Made by a program: the position numbers and the translations under genes. The notes below the pieces were generated by a model that ran no database searches, was not told the origin of the DNA, and saw only the letters and a program-made list of their open reading frames with translations. From assembly GCA_029565395.1 (NCBI GenBank), contig JAKQOG010000022.1, forward strand, positions 1-19,168: 19,168 nucleotides of DNA, given 5' to 3'. The stretch is from Candidatus Hydrogenedentota bacterium (GTDB lineage Bacteria; Hydrogenedentota; Hydrogenedentia; Hydrogenedentales; CAILVY01). This document shows positions 1 through 8,200 of this stretch, piece by piece; position 1 is the first letter of the stretch; every line of letters starts with the position of its first letter.

Positions 1-1
1 G

Positions 2-1180
2 GATTTCGGGGAGCGTGCGAATTCCATTGGGGAGAGGGCAGGAGTGGCGTCCGAGTTGACCGTGCGCCAATGGATTCACGCCGGTGAGCAGAGTAGTTAG
101 CGCAGCGGCAGTTTCGGGAGCGGGGGTATAGGCGAACTCGAAGGTATGTGCGCGCGTGCTGAATGATTTGAGGGCAGGAGAGGTATCCCGGTCATATCCC
201 AGAGCGCTGAGGTGTTCGGCACACACGCCGTCAAGTGCGATCACCACAAAGCTTGGCTTATCGGAGTTTTTTTCAAGATCCGGAAACGAAGGCCCTGCCA
301 GCAGCATGCGCCGGTTGGAACCGCCTACAGGGGTCATGCCCGTATGAAGGAGCCAGTCCGGAATCTTTTCCAAAGACCAGAACACGGTGCATTGTTGGGC
401 ATTTTCTGGGATTGGAATTGCAGGGGATCGGGTCCAATTGTCTTTTGCCAAGGTCAGGATGTGTTGTTTGAGCAAGGATATCGGCGTATTGAAGGAGACC
501 AACATTGACATGCGTTCAATGGGTTCATCCAGTGCCGGGGGGGCTGCCCAGCGAAATACCAGGCTTTTTCCCCTATGCGATGAGACGTCAAAGGAAAAGC
601 GGGTTCGTTCGGGAATGGATCGTGCAGGCGCCTGAACAGAACCGGATACACAGAGCTGTGCAGGGCCCGGTGCAGCGGAGGAAGCCGCCAGTAGAATGGT
701 ATTCCATGAATGGAAGCAGTGGTAGGTGGAAAACGCACAGAGGGCCGCGGCCGCCAGCCATCCCACAGCGGGGAAGGGATTGCCGTGAACGCCTCTGATG
801 GCGCTAAAGAACGATACGAGCTTACAGAAACCGTGTAGAATGGCAAATATCCCGAGAAACACGAGGAATTCGACCTTTTGGAGTGCGGGATGCGGCCAGG
901 GAATGGGAAGTTTCAGTAAATAGGGAATCAACACGATGGCGCTGGCCTGGGACAGCGTCTCGAACAGATAAAAAGCGGGTCCTTTGGAAGGTTTAATCAA
1001 TCGCACCACGGCTGTATACAGTAATTGCAGGGCGAGGTATCCGCTGGCAATGCCAGAAGCGAGCATGAGGCTGCCATGGAAATCCGGTGTGAATCCCAAG
1101 GAGGAGAAAAAGTGATGTCCGGCGACCCCGGCGAGACCCGCAGCCAGACCCAAAGAAATTATATAGAGCGGCACTATCAT
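2..1180 (-). CDS. LtaS/EptA-like membrane-anchored sulfatase-family (alkaline phosphatase superfamily) transferase/hydrolase. The start is in the window and the 3' end runs off the window start.
   Basis: This ORF is not in the supplied track, apparently because it has no in-window stop. I translated the minus strand by hand from ATG (1180..1178) down to position 2 and found 393 codons without a stop. The product begins MIVPLYIISLGLAAGLAGVAGHHFFSSLGF... with about five hydrophobic TM segments. It then reads ...PSFVVIALDGVCAEHLSALGYDRDTSPALKSF...FEFAYTPAPETAAALTTLLTGVNP. That has the shape of the sulfatase/alkaline-phosphatase metal-binding start (VVIALD) and nucleophile motif (T-P-x-P-E-T...LLTG) with Thr in place of Cys, as in LtaS/EptA-type enzymes. 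No convincing SD precedes the ATG. Confidence 0.55.
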   Translation of the reverse strand, partial: MIVPLYIISLGLAAGLAGVAGHHFFSSLGFTPDFHGSLMLASGIASGYLALQLLYTAVVRLIKPSKGPAFYLFETLSQASAIVLIPYLLKLPIPWPHPALQKVEFLVFLGIFAILHGFCKLVSFFSAIRGVHGNPFPAVGWLAAAALCAFSTYHCFHSWNTILLAASSAAPGPAQLCVSGSVQAPARSIPERTRFSFDVSSHRGKSLVFRWAAPPALDEPIERMSMLVSFNTPISLLKQHILTLAKDNWTRSPAIPIPENAQQCTVFWSLEKIPDWLLHTGMTPVGGSNRRMLLAGPSFPDLEKNSDKPSFVVIALDGVCAEHLSALGYDRDTSPALKSFSTRAHTFEFAYTPAPETAAALTTLLTGVNPLAHGQLGRHSCPLPNGIRTLPEI

Positions 1181-1221
1181 GGAGTGTCATACTAATTATT
1201 CCAGGCAATCGCTATCAAGCC

Positions 1222-1284
1222 GGGAGGGGAGGAGGCGTGAGGGGGAGAATAGGACCAATAGGACCAATAGGACCGATAAGACCC
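1222..1284. repeat. 9-bp-periodic tandem array, degenerate GGGAGGNNN units followed by (ATAGGACCA)x3-4
   Basis: Units read off directly: gggagggga, ggaggcgtg, agggggaga, ataggacca, ataggacca, ataggaccg, ataagaccc. The 23-mer gggagaataggaccaataggacc (1243-1265) recurs at 14589-14611 with one mismatch. It lies in the divergent intergenic region between the LtaS-like gene (minus strand, start 1180) and secA (plus strand, start 1504). Confidence 0.8.
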
Positions 1285-1503
1285 TTTAAGCGCAGTGGGG
1301 CAAGGGGGGAGAAGTGCAAGAGGGTATGAAATGGGAAACAATGTCAATTTTGATGCCGATATGGATTTTTATGCGACATGGTATGGCACGATATACGATA
1401 TTCTCTTTATGCATAGGGTCCATGTTTTGGGAATTGTTTTAACGAACCCCTCTGCTTTGATATCATAGGTGCAGATAACCTGTATGAAAGAAGGTAAAGC
1501 AGC

Positions 1504-4251
1504 GTGATTTTTAAGCTTTTAGCATCGTTGTTCGGCACGGGCGCGGAACGGGACATCAAGCGTCTTTTGCCTCTATTGGAGGCGGTACAGGATCTTGAAT
1601 CTAAATTCAGCATGTTGACGAATGACCAGTTGCGTTCGTGGACCGGTATTTTCAAGGAACGGCTTGCGCAGGGGGCGACCCTGGACGATATATTGCCGGA
1701 AGCGTTTGCGGTGTGCCGTGAGACCGCCAAGCGGGTGGTGGGTCAACGGCATTTTAATGTTCAGATTCTTGGGGGCATTGTGTTGCACAAGGGTTCTATT
1801 GCGGAAATGGTCACGGGGGAAGGCAAAACGTTGGTGGCGACGCTGCCGGTATATTTGAATGCTTTGGACGGCGGGGGGGTGCATGTGGTGACGGTGAATG
1901 ATTATCTTGCTCGCCGAGACGCGGAATGGATGGGTCCGATTTATACGTTTCTTGGTCTGACGGTTGGTTTGATCCAGCATGACATGGATACGTGGGAACG
2001 GCAGGTGGGGTATCGTGCGGATGTAACGTTTGGCACGAATAATGAGTTTGGGTTTGATTATCTTCGGGACAACATGGCGGTTCGTCCGGAACACCGGGTT
2101 CAGCGGCAGTTGCATTATGCGATTGTGGACGAGGTGGATTCGATTCTGATAGACGAGGCGCGCACGCCGTTGATTATTTCCGGGCGCCCAGAAAAGAGCA
2201 GCGATATCTATTTGAAGGTGGACGACGTGGTGCGGCGTCTCCATAAGGAAACGCATTTTACTTTAGAAGAGAAAGGTCATCACATTTTGATGACGGAAGA
2301 GGGAATGGAGACGGCGGAGCGATTGCTGGGGATACCGGATTTATACACGAATGATGCGCTGGGATATGTTCATATGATAGAACAAGCGCTGAAGGCGCAC
2401 CATTTTTTCAAGCGGGATGACGAATACATGGTGCGGGACGGGGAAGTGCTTATTATTGACGAATTCACGGGCCGTACGATGGAGGGGCGGCGTTACTCGG
2501 ACGGGTTGCATCAGGCGCTGGAGGCGAAGGAACGCGTTCCGGTGAAGTTTGAATCGCAGACCATTGCCACGATCACATATCAGAATTATTTCAGGCTATA
2601 TGACAAACTGGCGGGGATGACGGGTACGGCGTTGACCGAGGCGGCTGAATTCAGCAAAACGTATAATCTGGACGTGATCCGGATTCCGACCAATCTCCCA
2701 TTGGTTCGTGAAGACATGACCGATCTGATTTTTGCCACGGAAAAGGGCAAGTTTAATTTTGTGGTGAATGAAATAGAGCGTATCCGCGAATCGGGCCGCC
2801 CGATTCTGGTGGGCACGGTGTCCATTGAGAAATCAGAATTGGTTGCGAAACTGCTGGAAGAAAACGACATCAGGGATTACCAGGTTCTGAATGCGAAGCA
2901 TCACGAGCGCGAGGCGTCGATTGTGGCGAATGCGGGCAAGCGTGGCGCTATCACCATTGCCACCAATATGGCGGGCCGCGGCACGGATATCAAACTTGCG
3001 GAAGGGATTCGGGAACTTGGGGGTTTGTTTATTATAGGCACGGAGCGCCATGAATCCCGGCGTATAGACAATCAGCTTCGCGGCCGTTGCGGCCGTCAGG
3101 GCGATCCGGGCAGCACGCGTTTTTACGTAAGTTTGGAAGACGAAGTGGCGCGGTTGTTTGGCGGCGACAAGGTGAAGCGGATGCTGAATCTCTTTGGGCG
3201 TCAGGGCAGCGAGGAAATGGATACGCAGCCGTTGAGCCAGCGGATGGTTTCGCGCTCCATCGAGCGTGCGCAACGGCAGGTGGAAGAATATAATTTTGAA
3301 ATTCGCAAGCACCTGCTTGATTATGACCTTGTGATGGACAAACAGCGCAAGTATATCTATGCGATGCGGAAGGATGTGTTGGAAGACAGGGATATTACGG
3401 AACGTCTGAACGAGATGTTTTCGAATATTATTGCGGATTGCATTGAGGAGTATGCGCCGGAAAAGGTTCCGCCGGAAGAGTGGGATTTGGATGGGCTGCA
3501 AAAGGCGTTGCGCAGTTTCTTCGGGTTTGATCTGGATGTGCTGGGGGAGAAGGATGAAACGCCGAAACCGCTTGAACAAAGCCTGTATGATCAGGTGCTT
3601 GCAGAATATCAGCGGCGGCATGCGTATATGGCCGATGAACTTCACGCCAGTTACCGGGAGCAAGTCGGAGATGAAGGGGCCGGGATTGATTTTACGAAAC
3701 TTGCGCGCAAACGCATTCACGATCTTGAGTTGATGTGTTTGCTCCGCGCCGTGGATGACAAATGGATAGATCATCTTTACGAGATGGATTATCTGCGGGA
3801 ATCGGTTCGGTTGCGCGCCTTTGGACAAAAAGATCCGCTTTTGGAGTATAAACAAGAGGGTTTTGAGCTATTCCAAAATATGGTTAGAACGGTCGAGGAG
3901 AACGTGGTTCAGACGCTTTTCCGGCTTACGGATCCGGAGGTGCGCAAGCGCCGAGCCGCAGGGATCCGGACGGGCACGCTCACGGCCAAAGACGATCCCT
4001 TTGAAGCGTTGCGGCATTACAGCTATGTGGCGGCGGACAAGGAGGCGGACAGCAGTTTCGCCTCTTTTGATACTTCGCGGTTCGCCCTGGCCGGTCAGGC
4101 TCCCCGTGCGCGCACGGAAGAAGGGCCGGGCGGCGAGAAACGACCCAAACGCGTTCCAGTGCGGGTGGCGGAGCGGGTGCGGCCAAACGAACCGTGTCCC
4201 TGCGGGAGCGGCAAGAAATATAAAAAGTGTTGCGGCAGAAACGTCGAATAA
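1504..4251 (+). CDS. secA: Preprotein translocase ATPase SecA
   Basis: 915 aa, GTG start. The N-terminus MIFKLLASLFGTGAERDIKRL matches the conserved SecA N-terminus. DEAD-like motor motifs are present (GEGKTLVATLP; DEVDSILIDEARTPLIISG; TNMAGRGTDIKL). The C-terminal CPCGSGKKYKKCCG (4195-4236) is the SecA zinc-binding (SecB-binding) tail. An AAGGT SD-like sequence lies about 12 nt upstream. Confidence 0.95.
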   Translation: MIFKLLASLFGTGAERDIKRLLPLLEAVQDLESKFSMLTNDQLRSWTGIFKERLAQGATLDDILPEAFAVCRETAKRVVGQRHFNVQILGGIVLHKGSIAEMVTGEGKTLVATLPVYLNALDGGGVHVVTVNDYLARRDAEWMGPIYTFLGLTVGLIQHDMDTWERQVGYRADVTFGTNNEFGFDYLRDNMAVRPEHRVQRQLHYAIVDEVDSILIDEARTPLIISGRPEKSSDIYLKVDDVVRRLHKETHFTLEEKGHHILMTEEGMETAERLLGIPDLYTNDALGYVHMIEQALKAHHFFKRDDEYMVRDGEVLIIDEFTGRTMEGRRYSDGLHQALEAKERVPVKFESQTIATITYQNYFRLYDKLAGMTGTALTEAAEFSKTYNLDVIRIPTNLPLVREDMTDLIFATEKGKFNFVVNEIERIRESGRPILVGTVSIEKSELVAKLLEENDIRDYQVLNAKHHEREASIVANAGKRGAITIATNMAGRGTDIKLAEGIRELGGLFIIGTERHESRRIDNQLRGRCGRQGDPGSTRFYVSLEDEVARLFGGDKVKRMLNLFGRQGSEEMDTQPLSQRMVSRSIERAQRQVEEYNFEIRKHLLDYDLVMDKQRKYIYAMRKDVLEDRDITERLNEMFSNIIADCIEEYAPEKVPPEEWDLDGLQKALRSFFGFDLDVLGEKDETPKPLEQSLYDQVLAEYQRRHAYMADELHASYREQVGDEGAGIDFTKLARKRIHDLELMCLLRAVDDKWIDHLYEMDYLRESVRLRAFGQKDPLLEYKQEGFELFQNMVRTVEENVVQTLFRLTDPEVRKRRAAGIRTGTLTAKDDPFEALRHYSYVAADKEADSSFASFDTSRFALAGQAPRARTEEGPGGEKRPKRVPVRVAERVRPNEPCPCGSGKKYKKCCGRNVE

Positions 4252-5717
4252 TCCTGCGTCTGGGCATAACCTTGTTTTGGCTCGTCATGATGGGTATTTT
4301 GGCGTATCGCGAGGTTGTCGTTCCCTGGCTGAATACGAGCCATCTCCCGCCCCGCCCGAATACGCCGATGGATCTCTGGCTGGGCATCTATGGAGGGGGA
4401 AATGCATCGGAACGGATTGGTTTTTTAAATGCGCGCAGTACTCCGGAGGTTCGCAGTGGGACGGTTGGCGTCAGCATGGGGTTGTCTGCGCGCATGGAAT
4501 TGCCCGTGTTCAGTGAAAACACGATGTTTACCCTCCACGGTTCTGCATGGATGTCGAATGCACGGGGTCTTTCGGAGTTTGATTTTACGTTTGGATCCGG
4601 CGGGCATGAAATGCGGGTTCAAGGTGAAGTGAAGGATAATCGCCTGAAGGCGAGTTTGGAGACGGGCGGGGAGAGTCTTCCTTTTGAATTACCGGTGAGC
4701 GATGAGTTATTGCTTTCCGGGGGGATGGGCATGTCCGCGTTTGACGTGCCTCTTCTTGATCCTGGCACAGAGATATATGTGGATGCCTTTGATCCCACGA
4801 CGATGTCTTTGGGCAAGGCGAAAATTACATGTGTTGGCAAGGAGGAGATATCTCTGCACGATGGGAAAACAGAGGCGTTTCTTGTCACGACCAGTATTGG
4901 CGGCATAACCAGCCGTGCGTGGCTTGCTGCCGATGGCGAAGTATTGCAGGTGGAGACGCCGTTTGGATTCACGTTAAAGAAGATCAGCCCGCAGGAAGCG
5001 ATGAGTCCGGTGTCACCCGGTGAAAATGCGGATTTGGTGCGCAGCTTTGCGATTCGGCCCAAAGGGGTCACTCCGAAACGGGACGCGGTGATGATGCGCG
5101 TGAAATTTTCGGGAGTGGAGGAGAAACATCTGCCTCCCAGTGATGCGGTGCAGACCCGTACTCCGGCAGGATATATAATTACGGTTCCGGAGGCGCCGGT
5201 GAAAGATCCAGGCGCCGCGCTCAGTGAGGAAGATCGCGCGCGCTATTTGCAGAGCGATGTGTTTGTTACGTCGGACCATCCGAAGATCCGGGAGGCCGCC
5301 GCGAATGCGGTGCGTGAGGAAACGGATCCCTGGAAACAAGCGGTTCGGTTGCATGACTGGGTGTTTTTGCGGGTGAAAAAAAAGCCCGTACTCAGCATTC
5401 CCACGGCCCTGGATGTTCTTCAGAGTCTTGAAGGCGACTGTAATGAACATGCAGTGCTCTTTGTGGCGATGGCGCGGGCGGTACAGATTCCTGCGCGGAT
5501 TGCGGTGGGTGTTGTGTGGAGTGAAGAGTTTGGTGCGTTTGGCTATCATGCATGGGCGGAGGTTTTTGTGGGAGACTGGATTCCGATGGATCCCACGTTT
5601 GGACAATTGGTGGCGGACGCCACGCATATCAAGCTGTTAAATGGCGGGATAGATCAATGGCCCCGTCTGCTTCCGCATATCGGGGCCATGCAAATTGAAG
5701 TACTGGAAGTTCGCTAG
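4227..5717 (+). CDS. Membrane-anchored transglutaminase-like (Cys-His-Asp) superfamily protein
   Basis: 496 aa. The N-terminus has the basic stretch RQKRR followed by a TM helix (ILRLGITLFWLVMMGILAY). The C-terminal domain carries the transglutaminase-like catalytic triad context: GDCNEHAVLFVAMARAV (Cys), GYHAWAEVFVGD (His), WIPMDPT (Asp). The ATG at 4227 lies inside the last codons of secA in the +1 frame, a 25-nt overlap. The alternative ATG at 4287 would cut the TM helix in half. Confidence 0.75.
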   Translation: MLRQKRRIILRLGITLFWLVMMGILAYREVVVPWLNTSHLPPRPNTPMDLWLGIYGGGNASERIGFLNARSTPEVRSGTVGVSMGLSARMELPVFSENTMFTLHGSAWMSNARGLSEFDFTFGSGGHEMRVQGEVKDNRLKASLETGGESLPFELPVSDELLLSGGMGMSAFDVPLLDPGTEIYVDAFDPTTMSLGKAKITCVGKEEISLHDGKTEAFLVTTSIGGITSRAWLAADGEVLQVETPFGFTLKKISPQEAMSPVSPGENADLVRSFAIRPKGVTPKRDAVMMRVKFSGVEEKHLPPSDAVQTRTPAGYIITVPEAPVKDPGAALSEEDRARYLQSDVFVTSDHPKIREAAANAVREETDPWKQAVRLHDWVFLRVKKKPVLSIPTALDVLQSLEGDCNEHAVLFVAMARAVQIPARIAVGVVWSEEFGAFGYHAWAEVFVGDWIPMDPTFGQLVADATHIKLLNGGIDQWPRLLPHIGAMQIEVLEVR

Positions 5718-5720
5718 GAA

Positions 5721-7280
5721 TTACTTGGGTTGTGCGTCCTTGTTTGCCTCGGCACTTTTCCCAGCTTCTTCATCTACGATTTTTGCGATTGAGTCGGGGA
5801 ATTGCACGCCGGCGATGTCTTTCATGGTGTGCAGGAGCGGGGGAACGACGCCGGCGAGATTGCTGAGGAAATTGGCGGTGGCGTTTTTGCCATTGGCGCC
5901 CGCGCCGCCGTCCCAGACGACGACTTTGTCGAATTTCACACCGGCAATGGCTTTGGCGGATTCTTCGGCCAGTTTATCCAAGTGTTCCAGCATGAGCATC
6001 TGGAAGGCGTTGTCGGAACCGCCGCAGGCGTCCACGATCTGGCGTAAACCATCGGCCTTTTGACGCAGTATCTCGAATTGACCGCGGGCCTGAGCCTCCA
6101 GTTTTGCGAAGATAGCCTTGGCCTCGCCTTCGGCTTCGATGCGCCGCTTTTCGGCTTCCGCTTCGGCCTCCACGATGATCTGGGCTTTCTGTGCTTTTGC
6201 GGGGGCTTCCAATTCCGCGCGGCGTTCCGCTTCCACCTTGGTTGCTTCCGCCAAGGCTGCTTTGGCCAACGCCAAGTTGCGCGCTTCCAATACAGCGGCT
6301 TTGGAGACTTCGGTTTGGGTTTCCGCGCGCTGGAAGGCTTCGGCTTCGCGCACCTTTAGTTCCGCGTTCGAGACGGCAATGGTGGCTTTGGCGGTATTTT
6401 CGCCTTCCACGGCTTTAGCGTTCGCGGCAGAAACGGAGACGCGCATGTCACGTTCGGCTTCTTTGATTTGTGCATCCCGTTGAAATGCTGCATTGGATTG
6501 GCCGACTTTTTCTGATTTTTCCAGTTCGGCGACTTGTACGGATTGATCGCGTTGAGCGGAGCGGATGCCGATGATCTGTGATTTCTGTGCTTCGGCGACT
6601 TGCACTTCTTTTTCACGGACGTTTTGGGCCACGCGGATTTCGCCGAGTTTTTCCTGTTCCGCCACGTCCGCGCGGGCCTGTTGCACGGCTTCGGAGGCCG
6701 CTTTCCGTCCGATGGCGTCGATATAGCCGGAGTTGTCGCTGATGTCGGTGATGTTGACGTTGATCAGCACCAGACCGATCTTGCGCAATTCGGGTTCAAG
6801 CGAGTTTTGGATGCTGGTGAGGAAGTGTTCGCGGTCCCGGTTAATTTCCTCGATGCGCATGGATGCGATGACCTGGCGCAATTGACCGAAGATGATGTCT
6901 TCGGCCTGTTTCTTGATTTGCGGCTGGGTCAGCCCCAAGAGGCGGATGGCCGCATTGTTCATGATTACGGGATCGGTCCCGATGGCCACGGTGAATACGC
7001 TGGGGACGTTTACGCGGATGTTTTCCAGCGAGAGGGCGTCTTTGAGCGGGACGTCAATCTGGATGGGTTCCAGGCTCAAATAGGCGTAGTCCTGGATGAG
7101 GGGGATGACAAAGGCGGCGCCGCCGTGGATGCATCGTGCGGATCCGCTGCCGCCGACTTTGCCGTAGATAACCATGATTTGATTGCTGGGGCAGCGTTTG
7201 TAGCGGGAGGACAGCATGATCAGGAAACTGGTGAATAGGATGGCGGCGAGGGCCGCGATGGCGATTATCCAGGCAAACAT
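5721..7280 (-). CDS. Flotillin-like SPFH/band-7 protein (YqiK/FloT-like)
   Basis: 519 aa. It has an N-terminal TM helix (MFAWIIAIAALAAILFTSFLIML). An SPFH domain follows, then a long Ala/Glu-rich coiled coil (EAEAEAEKRRIEAEGEAKA...). An AAGGAG SD sits 6 nt upstream of the ATG at 7280. The stop is only 3 bp from the convergent stop of the transglutaminase-like gene. Confidence 0.88.
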   Translation of the reverse strand: MFAWIIAIAALAAILFTSFLIMLSSRYKRCPSNQIMVIYGKVGGSGSARCIHGGAAFVIPLIQDYAYLSLEPIQIDVPLKDALSLENIRVNVPSVFTVAIGTDPVIMNNAAIRLLGLTQPQIKKQAEDIIFGQLRQVIASMRIEEINRDREHFLTSIQNSLEPELRKIGLVLINVNITDISDNSGYIDAIGRKAASEAVQQARADVAEQEKLGEIRVAQNVREKEVQVAEAQKSQIIGIRSAQRDQSVQVAELEKSEKVGQSNAAFQRDAQIKEAERDMRVSVSAANAKAVEGENTAKATIAVSNAELKVREAEAFQRAETQTEVSKAAVLEARNLALAKAALAEATKVEAERRAELEAPAKAQKAQIIVEAEAEAEKRRIEAEGEAKAIFAKLEAQARGQFEILRQKADGLRQIVDACGGSDNAFQMLMLEHLDKLAEESAKAIAGVKFDKVVVWDGGAGANGKNATANFLSNLAGVVPPLLHTMKDIAGVQFPDSIAKIVDEEAGKSAEANKDAQPK

Positions 7281-7349
7281 ACATATCTCCTTGTGTTGAA
7301 CTCTATCTAAAACCGGGGGAAAGGCGGGATACCTTTTCCACGTTTACCC

Positions 7350-7946
7350 TTATACGACTTTTTTCATGTGCTTTACTTCGACGGTGTTTTCATTCACAAT
7401 GCCGGTCACAATCACATCGCTGCCGGTTGGAATGGATACTTCTTCGTCGGTGAAGGCTTCATATTCCATGGAACGGTTCTGGACGGCGACGGTCACCTTG
7501 CCTGCGCCGGTCCGTTTTGCCGGGATGGTTAGATACACTGTAGCGGTCATGCCCAAGGCGTTTTCAATGCGAACCGTGCCTTCGGCGTGCAGGGTCATGA
7601 AGAGATGCATTACCCAGGCTACCAGAATCATGGCGGCGACGCCGGCAGACAGTGCGAGGGAAAAGGCAAAGAACGAGGGCAGGCCGGCGGACATTCCCAA
7701 TCCGCCGCCCAGTCCGAAAAAGGTGATGGAGGCCACCATCGATCGGAAGCTGACCAGTTTGAAAAACCAGGAGGAATCGTGTGTATCGCCACCATGATGC
7801 TCGGTGGCGTGGGCGCCGTCATGCATGTCGAAGTGTTCCGAACCATCCGCCATGCCATGGTGGTCCAACCCGATTAGGGCGAGGATGAACTGGATGGTCA
7901 GAATAATTCCGCCGGCCACCGCACACACTGCATATAGGGTAAACAT
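7350..7946 (-). CDS. NfeD-like membrane protein (short form, C-terminal OB-fold), cotranscribed partner of the flotillin gene
   Basis: 198 aa from the ATG at 7946, which is preceded by GGGAGAG 6 nt upstream. There are TM helices (MFTLYAVCAVAGGIILTIQFILALIGL; ...MVASITFFGLGGGLGMSAGLPSFFAFSLALSAGVAAMILVAWV). A His-rich loop follows (HHGMADGSEHFDMHDGAHATEHHGGDTHDS). The C-terminal beta-rich tail is ...TVYLTIPAKRTGAGKVTVAVQNRSMEYEAFTDEEVSIPTGSDVIVTGIV, which fits an NfeD OB-fold. The gene lies 69 nt upstream of the flotillin gene, the classic NfeD-flotillin pairing. The track's longer ORF (to 8207) uses a TTG and runs through the 9-mer array. An alternative in-frame ATG lies at 8024. Confidence 0.75.
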   Translation of the reverse strand: MFTLYAVCAVAGGIILTIQFILALIGLDHHGMADGSEHFDMHDGAHATEHHGGDTHDSSWFFKLVSFRSMVASITFFGLGGGLGMSAGLPSFFAFSLALSAGVAAMILVAWVMHLFMTLHAEGTVRIENALGMTATVYLTIPAKRTGAGKVTVAVQNRSMEYEAFTDEEVSIPTGSDVIVTGIVNENTVEVKHMKKVV

Positions 7947-8092
7947 CGGCTTTCTCTCCCATTTCCGGCACGTTGGTGTTCTGGTTTTCACCGGTATTAC
8001 AACCATACTAAGGAAAATATTCATACTCGTCAATGTATTCTTTTGGGCTGGGATGGAAACGGTTGGTTGAGAATATTCCAGGACGATAGCAT

Positions 8093-8200
8093 GGGAAGAC
8101 TGGGAGGACTGGGAAGACTGGGAGGACTGGGAGGACTGGGAGGACTGGGAGGACTGGGAGGACTGGGAGGACTGGGATGGATAAATGGGATGAAATGGTT
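8093..8200. repeat. Perfect 9-bp tandem array (GGGAGGACT/GGGAAGACT) x9, decaying into degenerate 9-mers
   Basis: Nine contiguous units span 8093-8173 (gggaagact, gggaggact, gggaagact, then gggaggact x6). Degenerate units follow: gggatggat, aaatgggat, gaaatggtt. The array sits in a divergent intergenic region between NfeD (minus strand) and sulfatase 1 (plus strand). The unit resembles the downstream gene's own RBS context (tgggaggtgact ATG at 8291-8305). Confidence 0.9.

Noticed and set aside
156-846. Several overlapping 60-130 aa plus-strand and other-frame ORFs in the first 850 bp
   Set aside because: They lie antisense or out of frame to a continuous 393-codon minus-strand ORF with clear TM and sulfatase-family features. 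Their products are low-complexity Pro/Arg/Gly-rich, typical of shadow ORFs in GC-rich DNA.
1407-1730. 107-aa minus-strand ORF overlapping the secA start
   Set aside because: It overlaps the well-supported secA N-terminus antisense, and no features support it.
2833-3855. 340-aa minus-strand ORF inside secA, and similar long antisense ORFs at 1573..2256, 6600..7238, 8666..9268, 10319..10801, 13435..14349 and 16053..16892
   Set aside because: They are antisense to strongly supported genes (secA, flotillin, sulfatases, oxidoreductase). The translations are Arg/Pro/His-rich with no motifs. This is the classic high-GC antisense ORF artefact.
8093-8173. Possible CRISPR array, given short regularly spaced repeats
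   Set aside because: The units are contiguous 9-mers with no intervening unique spacers. That is far shorter than CRISPR repeats, and no cas genes are present.
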